From Acidimicrobiia bacterium (GTDB taxonomy: Bacteria; Actinomycetota; Acidimicrobiia; Acidimicrobiales; CATQHL01), in assembly GCA_021296415.1 (NCBI GenBank), contig JAGWAL010000013.1, positions 12,158 through 74,116 on the forward strand: a stretch of DNA of 61,959 bases. The letters are read 5' to 3'. Made by a program: the position numbers and the translations under genes. The notes beneath the pieces were generated by a model. That model had not been told where the DNA came from and did no database searches. It saw nothing but the letters and a program-made list of their open reading frames with translations. Below, piece after piece: positions 29,086 to 37,811 of this stretch; within the stretch, counting starts at the first letter, position 1; each line of letters begins with the position of its first letter.

Positions 29086-29107
29086 CGCAAGCCCCGGGGA
29101 GCTTGCG
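29086..29107. promoter_or_regulatory. inverted repeat CGCAAGC-N8-GCTTGCG in the ligase/MarR divergent spacer (candidate MarR operator)
   Basis: Read directly. Lies 21 nt upstream of the ligase start codon. Confidence 0.35.
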
Positions 29108-29257
29108 GCGTCGTACCACAGGCCACCCCCGGCGTCGAATCTGCCGGGGCGCGGCGTGCGGGCGCAGAGATTCGGGCCCGGTCCCGCGGCGGAGTCCCTA
29201 CGCTCGCCGCGTGCCGGTCCGCCGTCGGGCGGCGGGGGCTGGCGTATTGTGGCGACC

Positions 29258-29779
29258 ATGCCGCGGGCCTTCGCCGCCGGGGACGACGAACTCGTCGAGG
29301 CCGAGTGCCTCATCCGCGCCGAGCTCGGCGCCCTGGATCTGGACCTGCTGGCACTCGCCGCCGTGTCGAACATCTTCCGGGCCGCCACCGCGGTGCGGAA
29401 CCACATGGAGCGCGGCGTGCTCCACCAGTACGGACTCTCCTGGAGCGCCTTCGTGGTGCTGTTCGTGCTGCGCGTCTGGGGGGAGCAGGAGTCCGGGCAC
29501 CTCGCCGCCGAGGCCGGCATCACCGGCGGGACGCTCACCGGCGTGCTCAACACGCTGCAGCGCAAGGGGTACGCCGAGCGCTCCGTGCATCCCACCGACG
29601 GTCGCCGCATGCTCGTGCGGACCACCGAGTCGGGGCACCGCGTCGTCGACGAGATCATGCCCGCCTTCAACAAGCAGGAGGCGCTGGTCACCCGCGACCT
29701 CAGCGACACCGAGGCCACCCAACTGGCGGCGTACCTGCGGACGCTGCTGCGCACCGTTGCTGACCTGAACACATCCTGA
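29258..29779 (+). CDS. MarR-family transcriptional regulator
   Basis: ATG 29258 in ORF 27821..29779. Winged-helix region ...SGHLAAEAGITGGTLTGVLNTLQRKGYAERSVHPTDGRRMLV... Confidence 0.88.
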   Translation: MPRAFAAGDDELVEAECLIRAELGALDLDLLALAAVSNIFRAATAVRNHMERGVLHQYGLSWSAFVVLFVLRVWGEQESGHLAAEAGITGGTLTGVLNTLQRKGYAERSVHPTDGRRMLVRTTESGHRVVDEIMPAFNKQEALVTRDLSDTEATQLAAYLRTLLRTVADLNTS

Positions 29780-29883
29780 ATCCGGCCTCGACAACTCCCC
29801 CGAAAAACTGTTAGGGTCCAAACGATTCTACCCACGCGTGCCGGGCGGTGACGGCGCGCCGACCGCAGGGAACGAGGCGAGGT

Positions 29884-30762
29884 ATGGGCGAGATCGTCGG
29901 CGCAGGGCTCGTGTCGCACGTCCCCCCCATCGTCATGCCCGAGGCGGAGCGGCGGCTCCTCAACGACGGGGAGGATTTCAGCCTCTGCGCCGGCCTCGAG
30001 CGCCTGCGGGCCGAGCGCCTCGACGGCTTGCGACCCGATGTGATCGTGGTGTTCGACACGCACTGGTTCAGCACCTTCGAGCACGTGTGCAGCGCGCACG
30101 AACGCCGTCGCGGTCTGTTCACGTCCGACGAGCTGCCGCGGGGCATGCGGCAGATGCCCTACGACATCCCCGGCGATCCCGAGCTGGCCTTCGGGCTGGC
30201 GGCCCTGGCGGAGGCTCGGGACGACACCTGGGTGCTGGCCTGCGACGATCCCCACCTGCCGATCCACTACCCCACCGTCAACCTTCTGGGGTACTTGCAG
30301 GGCGACGAGGCCTGGATGTCGGTGAGCATCTGCCAGACCGCCACGGCGGGGGACTTCCTGCTGCTGGGCGAGTTGCTGGCGGCGGCGGTGGCCGATCTGG
30401 ACCGCCGGGCGGTCCTGCTGGCCTCGGGGGGCTTGAGCCACCGGTTCTGGCCGCTGCGGGAACTGCGCTCGCACGAATCCGCGGATCTGCGCAACATCAT
30501 CAGCCGCGAGGCACGGGCCGCTGACGAGAGTCTCCTCGAGCAACTGCGTGCCGGCGACCACGCCGCTGTGCTGGCGGGAGTGGACGGGTTCCGCCGTCAC
30601 GCGCCGGAGGGCTTCTTCGGCCACTACCTGATGATGGCGGGGGCGCTGGGCGGCGCGGCCTGCCGGGCACCCGGCGAGATGTTCTCCGCCTACGAATCGG
30701 CGGCGGGCACCGGCCAGGCGCACGTCTGGTTCGACCGTCCCGCCGGCGGCTGGAAGGCTTGA
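29884..30762 (+). CDS. class III (LigB-type) extradiol ring-cleavage dioxygenase, HpaD (homoprotocatechuate 2,3-dioxygenase)-like
   Basis: ATG 29884 in ORF 29848..30762. VSHVPP, IVVFDTHW, FTSDELPRGMRQMPYDIPGDPELA, LLASGGLSHRF and AAGTGQAHVWF parallel E. coli HpaD as I remember it. Confidence 0.8.
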   Translation: MGEIVGAGLVSHVPPIVMPEAERRLLNDGEDFSLCAGLERLRAERLDGLRPDVIVVFDTHWFSTFEHVCSAHERRRGLFTSDELPRGMRQMPYDIPGDPELAFGLAALAEARDDTWVLACDDPHLPIHYPTVNLLGYLQGDEAWMSVSICQTATAGDFLLLGELLAAAVADLDRRAVLLASGGLSHRFWPLRELRSHESADLRNIISREARAADESLLEQLRAGDHAAVLAGVDGFRRHAPEGFFGHYLMMAGALGGAACRAPGEMFSAYESAAGTGQAHVWFDRPAGGWKA

Positions 30763-30809
30763 GTTCCACCGCGCCGATCGGCCAGGATCATGATCCCGAG
30801 GAGGCTGCC

Positions 30810-31664
30810 ATGAGATTCGCCAACGTGTCCGGACGGGCCTGCCTGGTGCTGGACGGTCGGGCGGTGGACATCGCCGAGGCGTCGGGCGGCGCCCTGAGCT
30901 CGGACCCGATGATGACGGCCGACCTCGCCAATCATGCGGCGCTGCGGGCGCTGGCCGCCGACGTCGATCCTGCCTCCTGGCCCGCACTGCGGGAGGCCGA
31001 CCTGGGGCCGCCCGTTCCGCATCCGGGGAAGATCATCGCCCTCGCCCTCAACTATCGGACCCATGCGGAGGAGGCCGGTCTGGCGATCCCCACCGAGCCG
31101 CACGTCATGGCCAAGTTCCCCACCTGCATCTGCGGTCCCGGCGCCGACGTGCCGATCGGTGACCTGGAGATGGTCGACTACGAGGTGGAGTTGGTGCTGG
31201 CAGTGGGGCGGCGCTGCAAGGGGGTGGCCGCGCCTGATGCCTGGAGCCACATCTCGGGCCTCACCTGCGGCAACGACGTCAGCGATCGCAACGAGCAGTT
31301 CCGCCCGCCCGTGCGCCAGTTCTCCCTGGCCAAGAGCTACGACGCCTTCGGGCCCATCGGCCCGACCATGATCACGCCCGACGAGGTTCCGAACCGCGAC
31401 GACCTTGCACTCGGTTGCCGGGTGGACGGCGAGGTGCGCCAGCAGGCCCGCACCAGCGACTTCATCTTCGACGTGAGCTACCTGATGGCGTGGCTGTCCC
31501 GCTACGTCACACTCGAGGTCGGCGATCTCATCTTCACCGGTACGCCGGGCGGCGTGGGGGACTCCATGGATCCGCCCACGTACCTGCGCCACGGTCAGGT
31601 GGTGGAACTGGAGATCGAGGGCATCGGCACGCTGCGCAACCGGATCGTGGCCGGGGAGGGTTGA
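30810..31664 (+). CDS. fumarylacetoacetate hydrolase (FAH) family protein
   Basis: ATG 30810 (GAGGAGG upstream) in ORF 30759..31664, ...DYEVELVLAVGR...GLTCGNDVSDR...LEVGDLIFTGTPGGVG... Confidence 0.85.
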   Translation: MRFANVSGRACLVLDGRAVDIAEASGGALSSDPMMTADLANHAALRALAADVDPASWPALREADLGPPVPHPGKIIALALNYRTHAEEAGLAIPTEPHVMAKFPTCICGPGADVPIGDLEMVDYEVELVLAVGRRCKGVAAPDAWSHISGLTCGNDVSDRNEQFRPPVRQFSLAKSYDAFGPIGPTMITPDEVPNRDDLALGCRVDGEVRQQARTSDFIFDVSYLMAWLSRYVTLEVGDLIFTGTPGGVGDSMDPPTYLRHGQVVELEIEGIGTLRNRIVAGEG

Positions 31665-31667
31665 GCC

Positions 31668-32039
31668 GTGCGGGTCGTGGTCGGCGGTGACAGGAGTTCA
31701 ACCTACGGGGGCCTCTTCACCGGCCGCGTGGAGCTGGAGATGCTGCACGCCACCGCCGGCGACGACGAGCCCGACACCGCCCACGTGCACTTCAGCGACG
31801 GGGCGGTCACCAACTGGCACAGCCACCCCGGGGGCCAGCTGATCTACGTGGCGGCCGGGCGCGGCCGGGTCGGCACCGACGCCGACGGCGCCGTGCCGCT
31901 GGAGCCGGGCACGCTGGTGGTGGCTCCGCCGAACGAGCGCCACTGGCACGGCGCGGCTCCTGGCTGCGACTGCACGCTCCTGTGCGTCACGTGGGGCACG
32001 ACCTGCTGGACCGACGAGGCACCCGGCCTCGGCGACTGA
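31668..32039 (+). CDS. cupin-domain protein
   Basis: ORF 31668..32039 with cupin motifs NWHSHPGGQLIYVAAG and PPNERHWHGA. Confidence 0.75.
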   Translation: MRVVVGGDRSSTYGGLFTGRVELEMLHATAGDDEPDTAHVHFSDGAVTNWHSHPGGQLIYVAAGRGRVGTDADGAVPLEPGTLVVAPPNERHWHGAAPGCDCTLLCVTWGTTCWTDEAPGLGD

Positions 32040-32172
32040 CGCCGCAGACCGGAACCTGGTCTCGCGGTGGTCCGGGCAGCGCCGCCGGCGGCCTAGCAAT
32101 GGCCGCCTACAGCGCCCCCGACACCCCCGCCCTCGCGATCCTGTGGTTGCGGTGGAGGAAGGCCACGAACAC

Positions 32173-33582
32173 GTGAGTCCCGCGACCTCCGGCGTACCCG
32201 AAGTGGCCGTCATCGGCTACGCGCTGGCCAACCTGCTGGGCCGGGCCGGCATAGAGACCCGCGTCCACGAGCGCTGCACCGAGCCGTACCCGCTGCCGCG
32301 TGCCTGCCACCTCGATGCCGAGATCATGCGCATCTTCCAGAACATCGGGCTGGGCGACGAGATGGCTGCGCTCGTCGAACCCAGCAGGGGCATGCTATTC
32401 GTGGACGCCGACGGTCGGCCGCTGTTCGACTACGAGGACTTCGTCCGCGACCCCATCCTGGGTTGGCACGAGGACTACGTCTTCATCCAGCCCGAACTGG
32501 ACGCCGTGCTGCGCGCCGGCGTGGACCGCTTCGACTGCGTGGACGTGCGGCTCGGCGCCGAGGTCGCCGACTGGCGGGAGGTGCCCGCCCGGTGGGTGGT
32601 GGCCTGCGACGGCGCCGCCGGCACGTCCCGGCCAAGGGCCGGCATCGACTTCGTGGACCTCGGCTACGACCAGCGGTGGCTGGTCGTGGACGTGATGCTC
32701 TCGCGGCCCGTCGAGCTGCCCGGCATCATCTGTCAGGTCTGCGATCCGAAGCGGCCCGCCACGTTCGTGCCGTCGGCCCGCGACCACCGCCGCTGGGAGT
32801 TCCGCCTGGCCCCCGGTGAGTCCGACGAGCAGGCCGCCGATCCGGAGAACGTGTGGCAGCTCCTGGCCCCCTGGCTGCAGCCGGGCGACGGGGAACTCGT
32901 GCGGGCCGCGGTTTACGACTTCCACGCCACCGTCGCCGAGACCTGGCGCCACGGGCGGCTGCTGCTGGCGGGCGACGCGGCCCATCAGATGCCGCCGTTC
33001 ATGGGTCAGGGCATGTGCTCGGGCATCCGCGACGCCGCCAACCTGGCCTGGAAGCTGCAGGCCGTGCTGCACAACGGCGCCCCGGAGGGGCTGCTGGACA
33101 GCTACGAGGCCGAGCGCCGCCCGCACGTCGAGCGCTGCATCGAACTGTCCATCGAGGCGGGCCGGCTGCTGGACGAGCCGGCCTTCCCCGAACCCGACAG
33201 CGACGACGGGGAGCGCTGGTCGCGCCTCCCCCCGCTCTCCGGACTTTTCCAGCAGAGCGCCGCGCCCGCACCCTTCCCCATCGGCCACCAGGCTCGCCAG
33301 CCGACCGTGGTGCTGGAGGGGGAGCGCCTCCTGCTGGACGACCTGGCCGGACCCGGCTGGTACCTCGTGAGCGACGGCCCGGCCGGCGGCGCCGGGCTGG
33401 CACGGGTGGTGGATGCGACACGGCTGGGCGACCCCGACGGCTGGCTGGCGAGGCTCCTCGGCGGCTCGGCCGCGGTCCTGATCCGCCCCGACCGCTACGT
33501 CTACGGCACCGCGAGCACGACGGCCGACGTGGCGGCCCTGCTGGCGGATGCCCGCCGCAGCGTCGGCCTGGAGAGCGCCTGA
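32173..33582 (+). CDS. FAD-dependent aromatic hydroxylase, MhpA/PheA-TfdB class, with a truncated dinucleotide-binding motif
   Basis: ORF 32143..33582 (GTG 32173 is a plausible start). VACDGAAGTSR and GDAAHQMPPFMGQGMCSGIRDAANLAWKL are intact. The N-terminal VAVIGYALANLLGRAG lacks the GxGxxG core. Confidence 0.75.
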   Translation: MSPATSGVPEVAVIGYALANLLGRAGIETRVHERCTEPYPLPRACHLDAEIMRIFQNIGLGDEMAALVEPSRGMLFVDADGRPLFDYEDFVRDPILGWHEDYVFIQPELDAVLRAGVDRFDCVDVRLGAEVADWREVPARWVVACDGAAGTSRPRAGIDFVDLGYDQRWLVVDVMLSRPVELPGIICQVCDPKRPATFVPSARDHRRWEFRLAPGESDEQAADPENVWQLLAPWLQPGDGELVRAAVYDFHATVAETWRHGRLLLAGDAAHQMPPFMGQGMCSGIRDAANLAWKLQAVLHNGAPEGLLDSYEAERRPHVERCIELSIEAGRLLDEPAFPEPDSDDGERWSRLPPLSGLFQQSAAPAPFPIGHQARQPTVVLEGERLLLDDLAGPGWYLVSDGPAGGAGLARVVDATRLGDPDGWLARLLGGSAAVLIRPDRYVYGTASTTADVAALLADARRSVGLESA

Positions 33583-33599
33583 GGACCGGTCGCGGCGGC

Positions 33600-34868
33600 T
33601 CAGCCCGGGACGATGCGCAGCGGCAGCCGTTTCAGGCCGTTGATGAAGTTGGAGCGCACCCGGGTGACCTCGCCGCACACCTCCAGGTGCAGGTTCCTGC
33701 GCAGCAACTCCTCGAGGAACACGCGCACCTCCAGGCGGGCCAGCCACGATCCGAGACAGAAGTGCGGGCCTCCCCCGCCGAAGGTGACGTGACGGTTGGG
33801 GTCGCGGCCCAGGTCCAGCGTGTGGGGGTCGTCGAAGACCTCCTCGTCGTAGTTGGCCGAGAGGTACCAGGTCACGACCTTGTCCCCCGCGGCCACGGGG
33901 ACGCCGGCGACCTCGGTGTCCATCACCGCCGTGCGGCGGAAGTGGATCTGGGGCGAGGCATAGCGCAGGACCTCCTCGACCGCCGTCGTCAGCAGGTCGG
34001 GTTCGGCACGCAGGCGTGCCAGCTCGCCGGGGCGCTCGGCCAGGGCAAGGGCACCGTGATTGAGGGCGTGGCGGGTGGTCTCGTTGCCGGCGATGACCAG
34101 CAGCAGGAAGAGCGTGTTGAAGTTCTGCCGCGACAGCTCACCGGCGGCCACGAGCAGCGACACCACGTCGTCGGCCGGGTGGCGGCGCTTGCCGTCGGCG
34201 AGTTGCCGGGCGTAGGCGAAGACCCTCGTCGAAGTGGGGCTGCGGAACGGCAGGAGCCGGTACGGGTCGGTGTCCTCCCTGTCGAAGACCACCTCGGAGT
34301 AGTCCGGGTCGGCGTGGTAGATGATCCTGTCGGCCCACTCGAACAGGCTGCCGGTGTCCTCGTCGGGCACGCCCAGGATGCGGCTGATCATGAGGATCGG
34401 CAGCGGGCGGGCCACGGCGCCGACGAAGTCCACCTCGGCTCCGGCGCCGTTGCCCCCGGCATCTGCGAGCGCCTCGTCGAGGATCTGCGCCATGAGCTCC
34501 CGGGCGTCGCCCGTCCACCGCTCGATGCTGCGGCGGGTGAAGTTGCGCGACACCATCCGGCGCAGCCGGGTGTGCTCGGGCGGATCCGTCTCCAGCATGG
34601 TGCGCCGGGCCTCGCGGGCCTCGGGGTCGCGCTCCAACTCCTCCAACTCGGTGCCGCCGACCTGCGACGAGAACGTTTCGTGGTCGCGGTGGACCGCCAC
34701 GAGGTCGGCCCAGCGGGTCACCGCCCAGAAGCCGGCGTTGCCGTCCGGCTCGGGGTGCCAGGCCACGGGCATCTCGCGCCGCAGGCGAGCGAACGCCTCG
34801 TGAGGAATGGCTCGCTCGTAGACGTCGTGGCTGCAGATGTCGACCGGCGAGAGCGGGCCTCTTGTCAC
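33600..34868 (-). CDS. cytochrome P450 (copy 3)
   Basis: ORF 33600..35159. GTG 34868 overlaps the stop of the upstream gene (GTGA). Contains IAGNETT, EEVLR, FGGGGPHFCLG and RSNFINGLKRLPL. Confidence 0.9.
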   Translation of the reverse strand: MTRGPLSPVDICSHDVYERAIPHEAFARLRREMPVAWHPEPDGNAGFWAVTRWADLVAVHRDHETFSSQVGGTELEELERDPEAREARRTMLETDPPEHTRLRRMVSRNFTRRSIERWTGDARELMAQILDEALADAGGNGAGAEVDFVGAVARPLPILMISRILGVPDEDTGSLFEWADRIIYHADPDYSEVVFDREDTDPYRLLPFRSPTSTRVFAYARQLADGKRRHPADDVVSLLVAAGELSRQNFNTLFLLLVIAGNETTRHALNHGALALAERPGELARLRAEPDLLTTAVEEVLRYASPQIHFRRTAVMDTEVAGVPVAAGDKVVTWYLSANYDEEVFDDPHTLDLGRDPNRHVTFGGGGPHFCLGSWLARLEVRVFLEELLRRNLHLEVCGEVTRVRSNFINGLKRLPLRIVPG

Positions 34869-35560
34869 CGGCCTGCCACGTCGTCGAGGAACCAATCCAC
34901 TAGCCGCTGCGTGCGACGGGACGCCGAGGCCTCCAGGCCGGCGGTCTCGGCCGCCATCACACCAGGGTCGACGCCGTGGGCCCGGAGTTCCTCGTCCCCG
35001 ATCACGAGCCATTCCGCCAGCAGCTCGCTGTCCACCTCGGGGTGGAACTGCAATCCCAGGCTCCGGCCCTCGCGAAAGGCCTGCGGGCCGTTGCGATTGC
35101 GGGCGATCTCGGTGGCACCCTCGGGGACCGTGAAGCGGTCGTAGTGCCACTGGAACCACGGTCCGGGTGAGAGGCCGTCAGGCTCGTCGGTGTCGATTGT
35201 GAGCCAGCCGAACTCGGGGACCGGCGCCCGTGACACCGTGCCGCCCAGGGCTGCGGACAACACCTGGCCACCGAAGCAGAGGCCGAGGACGGGCCGCCCG
35301 GAGTCGTGGGCACGCCGGACGAAGTCGAGTTCACGGTGGATCCAGCTTCCGATCCTGGCCTCGTCGTACACCGACCACACCGCTCCCAGCACCACCACCA
35401 GGTCGTAGTCGCCGGGATCGGGGAACGCACGGTCGCTGACGGGGTTCTGCACGTCGCCGACCACCCGGAAGGGCTCCAGTTCGACGCCCCGGCCGGCGAG
35501 AGCCTCGCCGACGAGCGCCGCGTGCCCAGTCGGGTCGTGCTCGACCGCCAACCCCTTCAC
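34865..35560 (-). CDS. class I glutamine amidotransferase-fold protein (gamma-glutamyl hydrolase candidate)
   Basis: ORF 34865..35743, likely GTG 35560. Nucleophile elbow PVLGLCFGGQ and the His-Glu motif LQFHPE are present. Confidence 0.8.
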   Translation of the reverse strand: MKGLAVEHDPTGHAALVGEALAGRGVELEPFRVVGDVQNPVSDRAFPDPGDYDLVVVLGAVWSVYDEARIGSWIHRELDFVRRAHDSGRPVLGLCFGGQVLSAALGGTVSRAPVPEFGWLTIDTDEPDGLSPGPWFQWHYDRFTVPEGATEIARNRNGPQAFREGRSLGLQFHPEVDSELLAEWLVIGDEELRAHGVDPGVMAAETAGLEASASRRTQRLVDWFLDDVAGR

Positions 35561-35591
35561 CGCCGCAGCATACCGGCGGCCATCCGACGGC

Positions 35592-35749
35592 CCGGTCGGG
35601 AGCCGGGTGCCGTTCGCTCCTTCGGCGCAGGCGCAAGGCGTCGCAAAGCGGCTCTTTAGACCGGTCGGGAGCCGGGTGCCGCAGTGTCCGGTCGGGGGCC
35701 GGGGTGCCGTTCGCTCCTTCGGCGCGGGCGCAAGGCGTCGCAAAGCGGC
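35592..35749. repeat. two copies of a roughly 61-bp unit plus a 20-bp partial copy, in the spacer between priA and the amidotransferase-P450 operon
   Basis: Full copies at 35592-35652 and 35688-35749: ccggtcggg(a/g)gccgg(g)gtgccgttcgctccttcggcgc(a/g)ggcgcaaggcgtcgcaaagcggc. Partial copy ccggtcgggagccgggtgcc at 35661-35680. Confidence 0.85.
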
Positions 35750-35824
35750 CCCCCGGCCCCCTTCCTCGGTTGTTGGCGGCCGCTGGGGTGATCGGGTCGG
35801 GGTGCGGGCCCGGTGGAGGGGTCG

Positions 35825-37743
35825 TCAGAACCTCAGCGGGTCGATGGCCAGGCGGAGGCGGCCGGGGGGGCGCTCGACGTTGGCGAGGGCGTCGAGGAGG
35901 AACCTGCGGTCGGCGGCGCGGACGACCCAGCGGTTCTCTCCCACCGGGGAGATGTCGAGGCCGAGCGGCCGACCCAGGCGCTCCACGAAGGCGTCGGCGG
36001 CCGCTCCGGCGATCTCGGCGAGCGTCTCGAACGGGGGGAAGCCGAGCTGTTGGCGCAGAGCCCGGTCGTGGCTGCTCAGCAGGCCCGGGTCGGCGGTGCC
36101 GGCGGCCTGCAGGACCGGGTGGCCGGGCTGGCGGGTCTGCACCAGGATCCGGCCTCCGCCGCTGCGGGGCCCGGCGAGGCGGGCGGCGCGGACCAGGAGC
36201 GCCATGGCCTGCTCGTTGGCCCGGTAGCGAGGCGCCGAGAGTTCCTGATCGAAGTCCAGGAACGCCACCAGGTCGGCCTTGGGGACTCGGTGCAGCGCGG
36301 CTTCGGTTCCGATCACCACGCGGGAGTCGCCGCCCCCGGTCTCCGGGCCTGAACGGGCGGATCCGCTCACCTCGGCAACCCGCTCGCCGAGCAGCACCTC
36401 CAGCTCCTCGCGGAGCCTGGCCACGCCGGGACGCAGGATGCGCAGGCGCGTGGCTCCGCAGCCCGAGCAGACCCGCGGACGATGCTCGCCGCAGCGCGGG
36501 CAATCCAGACCGCCGGTGCTTGCGCCCGCGGCGGTTCCCTCTCCCACCGCGGCTCCGCAGGAGTCGCAGACCACCAGGTCGCCGCATCCCGCGCAAGCCA
36601 GAAGGCGCGCCCGCCCCTTGCGGTTTAGGACGCAGACGGCCCTGTCGCGGGACCGGAGGCGGGCCACGAGCGTCTCGGTCAGCAGGCCGTGGCGGCCCAC
36701 CTCGGGGTCGCGCTGGTCCACGACCTCCAGGCTCGGCCATCCCTCCCGCTCGACGGCGCGCCGCGGTGCCAGAGGCCCGTCGGACGCCAGTTCCTGGGCC
36801 TCCAGGGTGGGAATCGGCGAGACCAGCACACACGGGACGCCCGCTCGGCGGGCCCGCTCGACGGCCACCTCGCGGGCGCTCCAGGTCGGTGCGTCCTCGG
36901 CGACCAGTGCCTGAGCACCACGACCGCGGCGAGCCGGGGAGCAGGGCCGAAGACCCCGGCACGGGTCCCGACCACCACGCCACCGGCAGCGGCCTGCGCC
37001 CAGCCGTCGGGCAGCAGAGCCGCGGCGGCACCGCGACGGCGCACCCAATCGGCCAGGCGCCCCGCGTCGGCGACGTGCGGGACGACCAGCAGAACATCGC
37101 CCCGCGTCAGGGCCGCCATCAGCAACGGACCCCTGTCGCCGGCGGGAGGAACGCGCACCACCGACACGGACCTCTCGAACGCGCTCTCCCAGATCGCTTC
37201 GGAGCCTGTACCGGCCGGGCGGGCTGCCGGCGGTGCCGACGGCGCGTCGTGCCGAGGGACGCACTCGACGACTCGCGGCGGCGAGGCGGTACCGAAGAAC
37301 GTGGCGCGGCGCCCGGCCCAGCGCCATGCCGCCCAACAAGCCAGGTCGAGTGTCTCCGCCGACGGCCCGACGCCGACCAGCTTCGAGAGCGGTCGCAAGT
37401 CCAGGGGAGCCGGCTCGCGCCCGTCGCCCTCGTCGGGCGGCGGGTCACCCCCGAGATCGAGTTCCAAACGGAGATCTGCGGGCTGCTCGAGAGCGGCCTC
37501 GAGGATCGCGTCGGGCTGCGAACCCGGAGCCAGGGAGGGTTCGATGTTCCTTGCCGGGGCGGGTCGCCCGGCGGGCTCGGGGTCGCAGGCCGTCACCCAG
37601 GCGCCAACGCGGCGGCCCTGCAACGCCACACGCACCATCGTCCCGACGGCCAGCCTCGCCGCTCGACCGTCATCGTGCCAGGCGGAGGGCACCTCGTAGT
37701 CGAACTCGCGGTCGACGGCCGCCACGTCGGTGCGCACCCGCAC
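35825..37743 (-). pseudogene. priA: primosomal protein N' (PriA) with an interrupted reading frame (apparent 1-nt frameshift near 36913)
   Basis: The N-terminal part is ORF 36679..37743 (VRVRTDVAAVDREFDYEVP...LAAVVVL). The C-terminal part is ORF 35825..37339 (...ALVAEDAPTWSAREVAVE..., the Cys-rich CAGCG..CDSCG..CPRCG..CSGCG, ...QTRQPGHP...). Total span is 1919 nt, not divisible by 3. Confidence 0.7.
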
Positions 37744-37811
37744 GACCCGCGGGCCGCGCCGCGGCGGGAGGTCGGACTCGGTTGGCGGCGGTTGCCAGGA
37801 GGGCGTCCGGC

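Noticed and set aside
29779-29795. gaatccggcctcgac considered as a sixth REP-like copy.
   Set aside because: Only the left half resembles the consensus and the complementary arm is missing, so it is too weak to count.
35592-35749. Could the repeats here, or at 7958-8016, be a CRISPR array?
   Set aside because: There are only two to four copies, no regular repeat-spacer periodicity with unique spacers, and no cas genes in the window.
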